64,000 bases of DNA from Rhodospirillales bacterium (GCA_038120295.1 JAYOLL010000003.1:137132-201131); one strand, 5' to 3'; shown: positions 10,152-20,249, numbered from the stretch's first letter. Program-made: numbers and translations. The notes: a model not told the origin generated them from the sequence alone.

Positions 10152-12293
10152 TCACGCGCCGGTCTGGATGGACCCGAGCGTCTTGAAGATCAGACGGATA
10201 AAAATCGAATCCGAGGGTTGCACATCTCTGTCCTGAGTAAACGTTCTGCTAAAGTCGACCCGGGTGGTGAAGCAGTCGCACTCATATTCCAGAAAGAACT
10301 GATGGCGTAACGATTCGCTGGTCTGCAGGTCGCGCAACGTCGAGCCGCCGACTTTCCAGTCAGGAGTAACCTGTGACGTGAATCCCAGGTGAATTTCTTC
10401 CCTGTCCGAGAATTCGCCCGAACCGGTACTCTCGTCGAAAAAGCCGTAATTGACTGTGACATTCAGGGCGCGCGGCCCTATCGACGCCGTCAGTTCGTTC
10501 CGGGCGGGAGAGAAATCATCCTTGTTAAGGCGAAACCGGTACTGAAAGCTCAGGGGCGCTGAGGGCTGGATATTCACCCTGCCAACGATATCGGAAAAAT
10601 GGTCATCCAGGCCGGACCTGACGTCGAAGGTGTCGTCTCTGCGTAGCCGGTAGCTCTGTCCGATGAAGGCATCCGAGTATCCGCTTTGGCCGTAGACCGC
10701 CATTTTTAGCCCGTAATAGGCCCTCTTCCCTCCTTCAACGCGGTCGAGGCCGGTAAACTTGTTGCGGCTCAGGAGGTTCGTGTCGTCGAATTCGAGGTCC
10801 TGGCTGTCTTCGTTTGAAATCGAGTCAGGGTTTCCGCCATTCGGGGCGATCATGAAGCCGGCGACAGGCTCCAGGACTTGCGTCATCGGACCATTGCTGC
10901 GTGACAGCGGGAACCGCCAGTCAAGTCCTGCGCGTGGAAAAGCCCGACCGCTGAAGCCGGATTTCAGATCGTTGGCGGGGCGACCGGGAACCCGTACGCT
11001 GTTGGACCAGTATGCGTCAGTCTGAAGGTCGACATACAGCCGGTACACTTCTCCGGTCCGGGCGATGTGTGGTAGTTCCCATCCGGTCTTGAGCGACAAC
11101 CGCCTGCTATCGGTCCCGCCCGTTCGCTGTAATACAAGGACATTACCGTCCACGAGCCATCGGCCGCCGGCAATACCGGGTTCGCTAACCCCGCTGAAAT
11201 CGAGTAAGGGGGCGACGATGGGCGTGTTTCCCGGGCTGTCCCGTTCTCGCAGGCCGCGCCAGTGATACGCCTGCATCGCTGCGTAGCTGTCTCCCCTGAA
11301 ACCTTCCAGAAAAAGGTGATTGGTCAGGGTATCCCGAGAATCGAACCCGTACCGGTTGAGATAGGTGTCGTCGCTAGCCAGCGCTATGTCCGCGCCCGTT
11401 CGCCAGGTCTGGTCAAGGTCGAACCTGACTTCGGAAAACAGATGACCGCGCGCAGAATCGTCATCGTTGGTGTCACTGCCCAAGGTGCCGCTGGCTTCCG
11501 CGGTCAGTTCGCCGTGGGCGAATCGCTGCCGATACTCTCCCGCCAGCACCGGGCCTTCATCCGTTGTCAGGATCGGACGAATCGTCGCGTCCTTGTCCGG
11601 GGCGATCGCCCAGTAATACGGAGTCTCGACGACGAAACCGAGATTGGAGTCGCTGCCAGCCCTCGGCGTCAGGAAGCCGCTCTGCCGACGCACCGTAGGG
11701 TCCGGATGGGACAGGTACGGGGTGTAGAATACCGGTATTCCCGCGAACTCGAGGAACGCATCCTGATACTCCACGATACGTTCTTTCTTGTTATGGCGGA
11801 TCTTCTCGGCCTTTACCTGCCATATTGGCTTATCGGCGATGCAGGTACGGCAGGGGGAGTAAACCGCCTTGTCCATGATGGTGACATTGCCCGCCGAGTG
11901 CCGCGCGCCCGCCGCCGCGATACGGGAGTCGTCGGCGAGCAGGACCCGAATATTCCTTACGACCCCGTCCTTCAGGTCTCCGGTCAGTTCGGCGTGATCC
12001 GCGAAGATGACGTCGCCGGTTCCCTGCATCAGGACGACATTTCCCGTGGCGGTTACGATTTCTTCCTTCTGGTTGTAGCTGACAGTGTCCGCACGGAGGA
12101 TGTTTTCACTGTGGACAATCTCTACATTGCCGCGCGCCGTAACGATGCCCAGCTCCTGCGCATAGTCGACGCTGTCCGCCTTGAACAGAAGGTCCAGCCC
12201 CTGACCGGAGGGGGCTGGCGCCTGGGCCGCTGCGCCCGACGTCAGGGCGCATTGCAGAACAAGCAGCCCAAGAATTTTCCGGATACGTTCCAA
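10152..12293 (-). CDS. lptD: LPS-assembly outer-membrane protein LptD
   Basis: 713 aa; signal peptide, OstA N-terminal domain followed by large beta-barrel region; lptD-surA-pdxA-rsmA synteny. Confidence 0.85.
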   Translation of the reverse strand: MERIRKILGLLVLQCALTSGAAAQAPAPSGQGLDLLFKADSVDYAQELGIVTARGNVEIVHSENILRADTVSYNQKEEIVTATGNVVLMQGTGDVIFADHAELTGDLKDGVVRNIRVLLADDSRIAAAGARHSAGNVTIMDKAVYSPCRTCIADKPIWQVKAEKIRHNKKERIVEYQDAFLEFAGIPVFYTPYLSHPDPTVRRQSGFLTPRAGSDSNLGFVVETPYYWAIAPDKDATIRPILTTDEGPVLAGEYRQRFAHGELTAEASGTLGSDTNDDDSARGHLFSEVRFDLDQTWRTGADIALASDDTYLNRYGFDSRDTLTNHLFLEGFRGDSYAAMQAYHWRGLRERDSPGNTPIVAPLLDFSGVSEPGIAGGRWLVDGNVLVLQRTGGTDSRRLSLKTGWELPHIARTGEVYRLYVDLQTDAYWSNSVRVPGRPANDLKSGFSGRAFPRAGLDWRFPLSRSNGPMTQVLEPVAGFMIAPNGGNPDSISNEDSQDLEFDDTNLLSRNKFTGLDRVEGGKRAYYGLKMAVYGQSGYSDAFIGQSYRLRRDDTFDVRSGLDDHFSDIVGRVNIQPSAPLSFQYRFRLNKDDFSPARNELTASIGPRALNVTVNYGFFDESTGSGEFSDREEIHLGFTSQVTPDWKVGGSTLRDLQTSESLRHQFFLEYECDCFTTRVDFSRTFTQDRDVQPSDSIFIRLIFKTLGSIQTGA

Positions 12294-12299
12294 GGTCCC

Positions 12300-13394
12300 T
12301 TACCCGTCCTCTTTGTGGAACAGCCAGCCGATACCCAGCAGCAGCCCGACAGTCGCCGGACTCCATGCTGCGAGCAGGGCAGGAAGACGGGCTGAAAGAC
12401 CGAGAGCATAGGCAACGTCGGTTGCAAAATAGATGACGAACCCTGTAACGACGCCAAGCGCAATTGTTGCTGTCGTTCCCCCTCTTCGATGCTGCTGCAG
12501 GGTGAAGATCGCAGCGAACAGGACCATCGCACAAAGAAGAGCCGGGTCCGCGATCTGGGAATACCAGTACAGCCTGTGGCGCAGACCGCTGAAGCCTGCA
12601 TTCTCGAGGACGGTGATAAAGCCTGGCAGCGCCCAGAAAGACATTGTTTCAGGTTTGGCGAAGCTGTCCTGAATGTTTTCGCGGGTCAGGTCCGTGTTCA
12701 GGTGGAGCGTGCCTGCCTCGGACGATCGGCGTTCGGGGGCGGACGTACGGGCGTGTCCCAGTCGCCACCGCCCTGCTTCGAGAAAGGCGTGTCGGGCGTC
12801 GATGCGGGAGACGAACCGCTCGTTCTTGTCGAACTGGAATACGATGACCCGGTCAAGCCGGGTAGCGTTGGGTTCGATTGCGTTCGCATGCAGGATGTAA
12901 TGGCCATTCGACGATTTTTGCTGGAGCCAGAGCCCTTCATCGTCCAGCGCCGCAAGACTTGTCTTCCCCTGGATGTACCGCGCCTCCAGCTGTTCAAAGC
13001 GAAATATCATGGCTGAAGAAAAGGGGCTGTAGATCGTGATCTTAACGACCCCCATGACAACCGCGACGATCAGTACCGGCGCCAGAATTTCCCACGCGGA
13101 AACGCCTGCCGCCCGCGCAACGACCAGTTCACGATGCCTGTTGAGCCGCCAGAACGCCATCATGCCGCCGAACAGAACGGTGAAGGGTATTGCCTTCTGG
13201 GCCATGTGCGGAAGTTTGAATGCCGCCATGGAGATCACATGAACGAAGGTGACGTCTTCCAGGCTCGACGTTCGGCGCTGGAGTTCGATTGTGTCGAACA
13301 GCGCGATTAGCGTCGTCAGGATCAGAAAAATACTGAACCACCAGAACAGAAACTGGCGGGCGACATATCCCGAAAATGTTGCACGAACTTTCAT
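12300..13394 (-). CDS. lptG: LPS export ABC permease LptG
   Basis: 364 aa; 6-TM YjgP/YjgQ permease family; second gene of the lptF-lptG pair. Confidence 0.8.
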   Translation of the reverse strand: MKVRATFSGYVARQFLFWWFSIFLILTTLIALFDTIELQRRTSSLEDVTFVHVISMAAFKLPHMAQKAIPFTVLFGGMMAFWRLNRHRELVVARAAGVSAWEILAPVLIVAVVMGVVKITIYSPFSSAMIFRFEQLEARYIQGKTSLAALDDEGLWLQQKSSNGHYILHANAIEPNATRLDRVIVFQFDKNERFVSRIDARHAFLEAGRWRLGHARTSAPERRSSEAGTLHLNTDLTRENIQDSFAKPETMSFWALPGFITVLENAGFSGLRHRLYWYSQIADPALLCAMVLFAAIFTLQQHRRGGTTATIALGVVTGFVIYFATDVAYALGLSARLPALLAAWSPATVGLLLGIGWLFHKEDG

Positions 13395-13407
13395 TTGCCG
13401 ATGGAGC

Positions 13408-14526
13408 TCAACCCGATTTCCCCAGCCTGTTTCCCGTCATCCACGAACGTCCAACCGGATGCCAGCCCGCCAAAACAAGAGCCGCAAAAATCGTCGGAAT
13501 CAGGGGGATCAGATACAGGACAATTGCGAGTTCGGTATATTTTTCCCCTATATTTTTGAAGGAAATCTGGGCGAGTTGTATCACGACGACGATACCGACC
13601 GCGGCCAGAATTCTTGAGGTTTGACCGCGCCGGTTCAGATCGCCGCTCAACAGGAGAGTCAGGGCGACCATCACGAAAGCGACGGGCAGCAACGGCTGAG
13701 CCAGACGGTAGTGGGCCTCGATATATAGCTTGTCTGCGAGCCATTCGTTCGGTTTGAGCCTGAAGAGCTCCGACAGATACCGCTCGCGCGGCTCGCGCCA
13801 GTTCCGTTGCTGGTTCCCTGAAACGGTCTGGATATCGAAGGAATATCGCTCGAAGTATAGCAAGGCCAGGCGACCGTCCTTTTCATCGACCTGCTGCCGG
13901 TTGCCGTTGACCATTTCGACCCGAGGTCCACTGGCGCCGCTAACGATTCTGCCGTGCTCAGCCATCATGGTGACCGGGCGTTTCGGATTTCTGGAATCAT
14001 GGACGAGGATTCCAAGCAGATCCCCGTTGGACCCTCGGCTCCGGACGTAAACGGTGACGCCCGAAGCTACCTTGTTGAAGACACCCTCCTGCAACAACAC
14101 GGCAGGGATGCTGTTCCGGATCGAATGTTGCAACTCCCTGAACTCACGGTATGTCGTCGGCATCAGGTAGGTTGTGAGAAAATAGCCCGCGATTACGACG
14201 AGCGCCGACAGGATGAGCGCCGGACGGGCAATATCGTATCTGCTGCACCCTCCGGCCCGCATGATGACGAGTTCGCTGTCCGATATCAGCCTGTTGTATA
14301 CGAACAGGGTCGAGGCGAATAACGCTATCGGCAGAATGATCGTCAAGAAGGTTGGCAGGAGCAGAAGGGTAAAATAAACGAACAGAGGCGCCGACAGTCC
14401 TCTGTTCACGATCATCTCGATAAACCGTAAGGACTGCGTCAGCCAGACGACGCAGGTAAGGGTTACGGTTACGAGAACCGTGCCTGTCAGCAGTTGGCCG
14501 AAAATATAGGAATCGATCCGTCGCAC
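13408..14526 (-). CDS. lptF: LPS export ABC permease LptF
   Basis: 372 aa; YjgP/YjgQ family, N-terminus MRRIDSYIFGQLL typical of LptF; first gene of the lptFG pair. Confidence 0.8.
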   Translation of the reverse strand: MRRIDSYIFGQLLTGTVLVTVTLTCVVWLTQSLRFIEMIVNRGLSAPLFVYFTLLLLPTFLTIILPIALFASTLFVYNRLISDSELVIMRAGGCSRYDIARPALILSALVVIAGYFLTTYLMPTTYREFRELQHSIRNSIPAVLLQEGVFNKVASGVTVYVRSRGSNGDLLGILVHDSRNPKRPVTMMAEHGRIVSGASGPRVEMVNGNRQQVDEKDGRLALLYFERYSFDIQTVSGNQQRNWREPRERYLSELFRLKPNEWLADKLYIEAHYRLAQPLLPVAFVMVALTLLLSGDLNRRGQTSRILAAVGIVVVIQLAQISFKNIGEKYTELAIVLYLIPLIPTIFAALVLAGWHPVGRSWMTGNRLGKSG

Positions 14527-14777
14527 GCGGAGATTATAGGCATTCAGGGCGTGGCTGTCATAAGAAAGCGCCGGGCTAAGGCGCCCGAATTACCGGCAAA
14601 TGCGTCGCGTGTCCGTGGGCTTCAGGATCCAGCCTGTTCGGATATCGATGGACGCCTGACTTCATTGGAGCCCGCGCCGGGTGATGAGTCCCGGGGCTCG
14701 ATTCGGCCCCCTGTTTTCGTCATGCCGGCTTTGTCATACCCTCGTGCGCGCAACGCGAAAGGGCGGAAGCAACCGAT

Positions 14778-15833
14778 ATGATTTACAGAGTCGTTTTCAT
14801 AAATCTGGGTATTCTGCTCGTGCTGCTCGTGATCGCCGAGCTGATCTTCGGGAACTGGCTGTGGGGCCCGAATTACGGGGCGATGAATATCCCCCGGAAC
14901 GTAGATCGCTATTTCGACACGTCAGGTCTGTACAAAAGCGGGGGGAGGTCCCGCTACAGCCGGGATGCTCTCGGGCTTCGGGGGCCATACGACGACGCAG
15001 GACGTATCGACGTCCTGACCATCGGCGGCAGTACGACCAACCAGCTCTTTATCGACGACGACAAAACATGGCAGGCCCATATGAGGCGTCGCTTTTCCGA
15101 GGCTGGTAAGCCGGCAATCGTAGTCGATGCGTCGGTGGACGGTCAGTCAGCGCGAGGCCATATCGCGGCGTTCGACCGTTGGCTTTCGCAGCTCCCGGGG
15201 CTAAAAGCGAAATACGTTCTGGCTTATGTCGGCATAAACGATGTTGCGCTCGACGACGCTGCCATATACGATTCGATGGAAGCAACCGACGCATCGCGCC
15301 GCTTCAGAAACGCGATCGCCAACAAGAGCGCGCTTTATGCCCTGTTTCGCACCATACGCGGCATGATCAGGGCCCGTGAAATGCATCTTGTGCACGGCAG
15401 CGCGCCGATACAGGGGCTTGACTGGGGAAAGTACCGTCCCGTCGAGGAACCCGCCCCGCCTGACCCGGCTCGTGAAAGGGATCTTGCCGCCTATGCCGAA
15501 CGGTTGACGGTGCTGATCGGAAGAATTCGGGCTTTCGGCTCGAAGGCAGTTCTTGTAACCCAGCCTACCGCAGAGTTTCGGGTGCGGGACGGCTGGGTCT
15601 GGGTTCCACGAAACAGGGATGGCGGTCTTAACCCGTCGGGATTTCACATCATGGACAGGTTCAACCGGGTAACCATGAGTACCTGCCGCGCTGCCGGCGC
15701 GATCTGCGTCGATCTGGCGCGTACCGTCGCATTTGAAGAAGGTGATTTTTACGATCGGGTACACAACACGCCGGCAGGCACTCGCAAGGTCGGCGAATTT
15801 CTGTACAGGCAGTTGAAGGACCGACTTCATTAG
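14778..15833 (+). CDS. membrane-anchored SGNH/GDSL-type hydrolase (putative esterase, deacylase or O-acyltransferase)
   Basis: 351 aa; N-terminal TM helix; SGNH blocks: I = LTIGGSTTNQ (Ser nucleophile in a GGS variant), II = DASVDGQS, III = YVGINDV (GxND), V = DRVHNT (DxxH). GC is lower than in flanking core genes. Confidence 0.6.
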   Translation: MIYRVVFINLGILLVLLVIAELIFGNWLWGPNYGAMNIPRNVDRYFDTSGLYKSGGRSRYSRDALGLRGPYDDAGRIDVLTIGGSTTNQLFIDDDKTWQAHMRRRFSEAGKPAIVVDASVDGQSARGHIAAFDRWLSQLPGLKAKYVLAYVGINDVALDDAAIYDSMEATDASRRFRNAIANKSALYALFRTIRGMIRAREMHLVHGSAPIQGLDWGKYRPVEEPAPPDPARERDLAAYAERLTVLIGRIRAFGSKAVLVTQPTAEFRVRDGWVWVPRNRDGGLNPSGFHIMDRFNRVTMSTCRAAGAICVDLARTVAFEEGDFYDRVHNTPAGTRKVGEFLYRQLKDRLH

Positions 15834-15972
15834 AAGGTCCTGGGCTGCCTGTTTTCCCGTCGCTGCCGCCCCGGCCCGGCCCGGCTCGGATAACCCGCTC
15901 GGACAACCCGGTGGACATTGAAAATCAGCCGATGCAGACTGAGCCAACATTGCGGATTTCGTCATCGGATTA

Positions 15973-16980
15973 ATGGTCACCAATGCTACGTCGGCGCCAA
16001 AGATCGCCGTCGTCATACCGAGCTATCGGGTTCGTGCAAATGTCGGGGCGGTGCTGAGCGCAATCGGTCCGGAGGTGTCGGCGATCTATGTCGTCGACGA
16101 TGCATGTCCTGAAGGCAGCGGCCGATATGTCGAGGAGATTTCGACAGACCCTCGTGTGTCCGTAATTTTTAATCCCAACAATCTCGGCGTGGGAGGCGCG
16201 ACGGTGGCCGGATTTCGGCAGGCTGTGGCCGATGGCGCTGAAGTGATCGTTAAAATCGATGGCGACGGCCAGATGAATCCGGCGGCCATTCGTGAATTTG
16301 TCGGCCCAATCCTGACGGGCGAAGCGGATTACACGAAAGGCAATCGTTTCTTCGATCCCGAAGGCGTCGCTTCGATGCCGGTTGTTCGGCTCATAGGGAA
16401 TGCCTGTTTGTCATTTATGGCGAAACTTTCAACGGGCTATTGGCACATTTTCGATCCGACAAACGGCTATTTCGCCATTCACGCCGATATCGTAAAGGTG
16501 ATGCCGCTGGAAAAAATTTCACAGCGTTATTTTTTTGAGACCGATCTTTTGTTCCGCTTGAATATATTGACCGCGCGGGTCGTCGATATCCCTATGCTGT
16601 CGCATTATGGTTCGGAGAACAGCGGGCTGAATCCTCTTCGGGAAGTTCTGCCTTTTGCGTGGGGGCATGCCCGTATTTTTTGCAAACGTATCCTGTATAA
16701 TTATTTTATTCGGAACTTCAGTGTCGCCTCGCTCGAACTTGTACTGGGTCTGTTGATGCTGGTTTTTGGCATCGTGTTCGGGGTCGTGAACTGGGGGACA
16801 GATGCGCCCGCTACGGCTGGCACCGTTATGGTGGCGGCGTTGCCCTCGATCCTGGGCATCCAGTTTTTGCTTGCGTTCGTCGGTTACGATATCCAGGCGG
16901 TGCCACGAACGGCGCTTCACCCGAAGCTGACATCGTATGCTGAAGCTCTGGCAGGCCCTGGCGATGAAGACGCGCCGTGA
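15973..16980 (+). CDS. GT2 polyprenyl-phosphate glycosyltransferase (GtrB/ArnC/DPM1-like)
   Basis: 335 aa; N-terminal GT-A domain (VVIPSY…, DDACPEGSG, KIDGDGQ DxD-type motif) and two C-terminal TM helices, the architecture of GtrB/ArnC. Confidence 0.75.
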   Translation: MVTNATSAPKIAVVIPSYRVRANVGAVLSAIGPEVSAIYVVDDACPEGSGRYVEEISTDPRVSVIFNPNNLGVGGATVAGFRQAVADGAEVIVKIDGDGQMNPAAIREFVGPILTGEADYTKGNRFFDPEGVASMPVVRLIGNACLSFMAKLSTGYWHIFDPTNGYFAIHADIVKVMPLEKISQRYFFETDLLFRLNILTARVVDIPMLSHYGSENSGLNPLREVLPFAWGHARIFCKRILYNYFIRNFSVASLELVLGLLMLVFGIVFGVVNWGTDAPATAGTVMVAALPSILGIQFLLAFVGYDIQAVPRTALHPKLTSYAEALAGPGDEDAP

Positions 16981-17122
16981 AAACAGGTTGTCCAGCATGT
17001 CGTGAGGCTTGTTTGCGGGAATCTGTATCCCTGTCGGCCAATATATATTTTGAGCTCTTCGAGACGGTAGACCGTCCTGGTTCGCCGGCATGTATCACGC
17101 CTTGTTCAATGTAGGAAAAATA

Positions 17123-17491
17123 ATGGCAAAGCTGGATCTGGTTTTGATTCTGTTCTCCGTGGCCGTAATCGGCATTGGACAGATTATTTTCAAGTTTGCT
17201 GCACGCGAAATGAAAATAGATTTTGGCCAGTCAACTATCCTTATCGTGAAGACAAACCTTTTTCCCCTGGGCCTCGTTCTTCTTACGGTAACTTTATACT
17301 GTATTTCGACTCTGGCGTGGGTATATGCGTTGAGAACGGTGCCATTATCGGTGGCTTACATGTTCAATTCCCTCGCCTTCGTCCTTGTGCCTCTGGCCGG
17401 GTTTCTCATGTTCGGGGAACAGATGCCCAGATATTTCATCCTTGGGCTCGTAATGATTATCGGCGGTATATATTTTATTTCGCGTGCGTGA
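17123..17491 (+). CDS. small 4-TM DMT/SMR-like membrane protein (ArnE/ArnF-like putative polyprenyl-P-sugar flippase subunit)
   Basis: 122 aa from the ATG with AGGAAAA RBS (ORF track starts at 17090); four hydrophobic helices, GQIIFKFAA … VPLSVAYMFNSLAFVLVPLAGFLMFGE … GGIYFI pattern as in ArnE/EamA-like small permeases; strikingly low GC (about 46%). Confidence 0.6.
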   Translation: MAKLDLVLILFSVAVIGIGQIIFKFAAREMKIDFGQSTILIVKTNLFPLGLVLLTVTLYCISTLAWVYALRTVPLSVAYMFNSLAFVLVPLAGFLMFGEQMPRYFILGLVMIIGGIYFISRA

Positions 17492-17520
17492 TGCCGGTAG
17501 CGCTCGCTCTTGGCGCCGCG

Positions 17521-19440
17521 CTATTCGGCTGGATGAGGCCAGCTTTCTTCCGGCACCCATTTTCCGCTGTCTTTTCTGAGCAACCAGGAGCGGCTTGCCT
17601 TCAGGTCGACCCCCAGGGCCTGTTTCAGAGACGGGGTGAAATCATATAGCCAGATATGGCTTATCTGTTTGTCTTCTATGCGTTTTCGAACGGATTCCGG
17701 AGTCAGGCGGTTCCATGATGTGACCCTGTCAACCAGGGCTGTCACCGGCAACAGGTGATATCGCATGATGATCAGGTACTGGCCATTATCGCTGGCGTCG
17801 ACGAGCAGGATCCGGTCGCCGGCAGCTAGCCGGTCGGCAAGCGCGCGACCGGTTTCCCAAGCATACTGGTAACGCGGATGCGTATCGAAGCGCAGTTTTT
17901 TCGCCATACCGACCGGAAGGGCGATAACCAGCACGATGGCTGCCATATGTGCCCATGACGGCATTCTGCCGGGCAGGTAGCGCCGCCAGAGCAGGGCTGC
18001 GCTGAATGCCGCGAAAAGGAGGCAAACGCCCCCCAGATGCGTGTTGTAGCGCCAGTAAGATGCGGCATACAGGGCTTCGCCGCTGCCGAACGCTGTCACA
18101 TAGGCGAACAGAAGGAAAAAATTGTAGGACAGGAACATCGTCCCGGTGATGATGGCGAGGCGGCTGAAAGCCCCCCTGTATCGCCAAATCGCGAGGACAC
18201 CGGCCACGACCGCTATTGTCATGACGCCGAAATATCCCCCTTTCTTACTGGCGATCAGCGCCATACGCGCGATGATCTGCGGGATTTCCCGGATAAGCCA
18301 CTCGGAATAGGGCAGGAACTCAAAATCGCCTTCAGTAATGTGAAAAGCGACATGCAGCTTCCAGAGAAGGTAAACGATCAAGGGAAACAGGAATATCCTG
18401 GCGGCGAGCCGCGCCGTCGCTTTCCACCGGATGGCAGGATCTCGTAACACCAGGATGCTAAGCGCAAGTCCGAGCGCCATCAGAAAAACGATATTGACCT
18501 GTTTGAGCCCGATCATGGCCATCGACACCAGCCCAGCCTGCCAGGCAAGAGACCGGGCCTCGTCTTCGTTGTCGATCGCGAGCGCGTTTGTTGACAGCCA
18601 GACCAGGGCCGCTGCGAATCCGACGAGGACGCCGGTTGGGGCATCCGCATAGGCGCTAAAGACCAGTCGTGTAACGTATGTCGGGTTAAGGATGGTGACC
18701 GCCAGCGCTCCCAGCGCGCACACCGCCCAGCCGGCCCGAGTTGCGTTAAGCGTATCGTTTGTCGGACCTGCGCCGTCCGATGTCCGGGACGCGGTAGAGA
18801 CAATAATCCGCGATATCAGAAGCCCGAATGAGAGAAGCAGCAGGACCGAAAAGATCGTCGACGCATTGATGACGAAAGCGCCGGTCACTCTGCTCGCCAT
18901 AAAAGCTACAAGTGAGTTGCCGTAGGGGTAGGCTGGAAAGACTGCGAAGCTCCTGGGCAGGTCCGAGCGTGGGACCGAATCGTGCTCGAAGAGATATCTG
19001 GCATGGGCCAGCCAGTGCGAAAACTCATCCCACTGTGTAGGAAGCATGGACGCGGCGATAGCAATGAGCGGGAGGGCGACAAGTGCGATACGGACAACTC
19101 CCGGATCCGTCAGGCGCCCGTTGCGTCGAAAGACGACGGTAGCGCCCGCGCATGCCCCCAACCCTAGCGCCGCCGCAACAGCAGTGAAGTGGGTTACGCC
19201 AATCGATGCGGCCAGTGTGAAGGCTGCTACAGCGATACCGAGACCAAAAACCAGGTCGCCCTCCGGGCGTCGTGTCGGGCCGCCTGCAAAAGCGCCGAGG
19301 CCGATCAGGAGGACGGCAACAGCCAGAACCGCTGCCAGCCCGCCGAGTTCGTTGGAGGATGGGATCAGAAGGTTTAGATGGGACAGCAACGTGAAGTCGT
19401 CCTGATGGCTGGGTGTGGCGGTCGCCCTGTACGGCAACAA
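17521..19440 (-). CDS. GT-C fold membrane glycosyltransferase (ArnT/PMT-like) with C-terminal soluble domain
   Basis: 639 aa; about 12 predicted TM segments over the first 470 aa then a hydrophilic C-terminal domain of about 170 aa; first extracytoplasmic loop carries WDEFSHWLAHARY (DE…ARY, reminiscent of the ArnT/PMT DExRYAE catalytic loop). Confidence 0.55.
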   Translation of the reverse strand: MLPYRATATPSHQDDFTLLSHLNLLIPSSNELGGLAAVLAVAVLLIGLGAFAGGPTRRPEGDLVFGLGIAVAAFTLAASIGVTHFTAVAAALGLGACAGATVVFRRNGRLTDPGVVRIALVALPLIAIAASMLPTQWDEFSHWLAHARYLFEHDSVPRSDLPRSFAVFPAYPYGNSLVAFMASRVTGAFVINASTIFSVLLLLSFGLLISRIIVSTASRTSDGAGPTNDTLNATRAGWAVCALGALAVTILNPTYVTRLVFSAYADAPTGVLVGFAAALVWLSTNALAIDNEDEARSLAWQAGLVSMAMIGLKQVNIVFLMALGLALSILVLRDPAIRWKATARLAARIFLFPLIVYLLWKLHVAFHITEGDFEFLPYSEWLIREIPQIIARMALIASKKGGYFGVMTIAVVAGVLAIWRYRGAFSRLAIITGTMFLSYNFFLLFAYVTAFGSGEALYAASYWRYNTHLGGVCLLFAAFSAALLWRRYLPGRMPSWAHMAAIVLVIALPVGMAKKLRFDTHPRYQYAWETGRALADRLAAGDRILLVDASDNGQYLIIMRYHLLPVTALVDRVTSWNRLTPESVRKRIEDKQISHIWLYDFTPSLKQALGVDLKASRSWLLRKDSGKWVPEESWPHPAE

Positions 19441-19499
19441 CCTATCAAACAGGTTCGATTCGTCCTACGGAACAGGCTTCGTCACAGCTTGTCGGTCCG

Positions 19500-20249
19500 C
19501 TAGTCGCGGAGTTCGATTACGAAAACCAGGTTCGAGACGATCCCCAAAAGCCGTATCGTTTCCAGACGACAGGATTTGATCCTTTCCCGCCGGTCGTTCG
19601 CTTCGATGATGGTTCGGAGTTCTTTCGCATCAAGGAGGTTCAGATTCGCTTCCTGAGCGAAAAAACTGAATCCCATCGATCTGAGAATTCTCCTGTGCCA
19701 CCGGCGGGGCAGCCAATGGAGGAAAGGCAGTCGCGTATGGAATTCCAGCGGGTGCCAGCGATTCGGCGTTGTAATGATCACGTAACGCCGGGCTGCGCCG
19801 ATGCAGCAGGATATCATCCGGCGCTGGTCGTCCATGGTTCCGACATGCTCGATTGTCGCGCTCGACATAACCAGGTCGTAGCGCCCGGTAGCGGAGTCGA
19901 TACGGGACGCGTCTCCAATGAGGACTCCGGAGACGGGGAAATCGATGTCGCGCTGCGGGTCGATCTGCTGATCCGAGAAGAGCGTGACGCGGGCATTTTC
20001 CACCAGCTTGCGGGCGAAGAAATTCGATGACCGGTGGTCGCTGTCCTTGGTTGAACCCACGTCGAGCACGTCATCTACAGTATCCAGCCTGACAAGGTCC
20101 GGCCTGAATATCCGGCTGAATATTTCGTCGCGTTTACGGGTGACGACACTGTCGACAAAACGGTCGAGCCGGTTGAAGAGGTTGACGGTGTATACGTTTT
20201 CGTTGATCGGCGACATTTCGATGGAACGGATTATGTGGTAGCACGACAA
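19500..20249 (-). CDS. class I SAM-dependent methyltransferase
   Basis: 249 aa; motif I VLDVGS, motif post-I/II YDLVMSSATIEHV; GC lower than core. Confidence 0.65.
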   Translation of the reverse strand: MSCYHIIRSIEMSPINENVYTVNLFNRLDRFVDSVVTRKRDEIFSRIFRPDLVRLDTVDDVLDVGSTKDSDHRSSNFFARKLVENARVTLFSDQQIDPQRDIDFPVSGVLIGDASRIDSATGRYDLVMSSATIEHVGTMDDQRRMISCCIGAARRYVIITTPNRWHPLEFHTRLPFLHWLPRRWHRRILRSMGFSFFAQEANLNLLDAKELRTIIEANDRRERIKSCRLETIRLLGIVSNLVFVIELRD

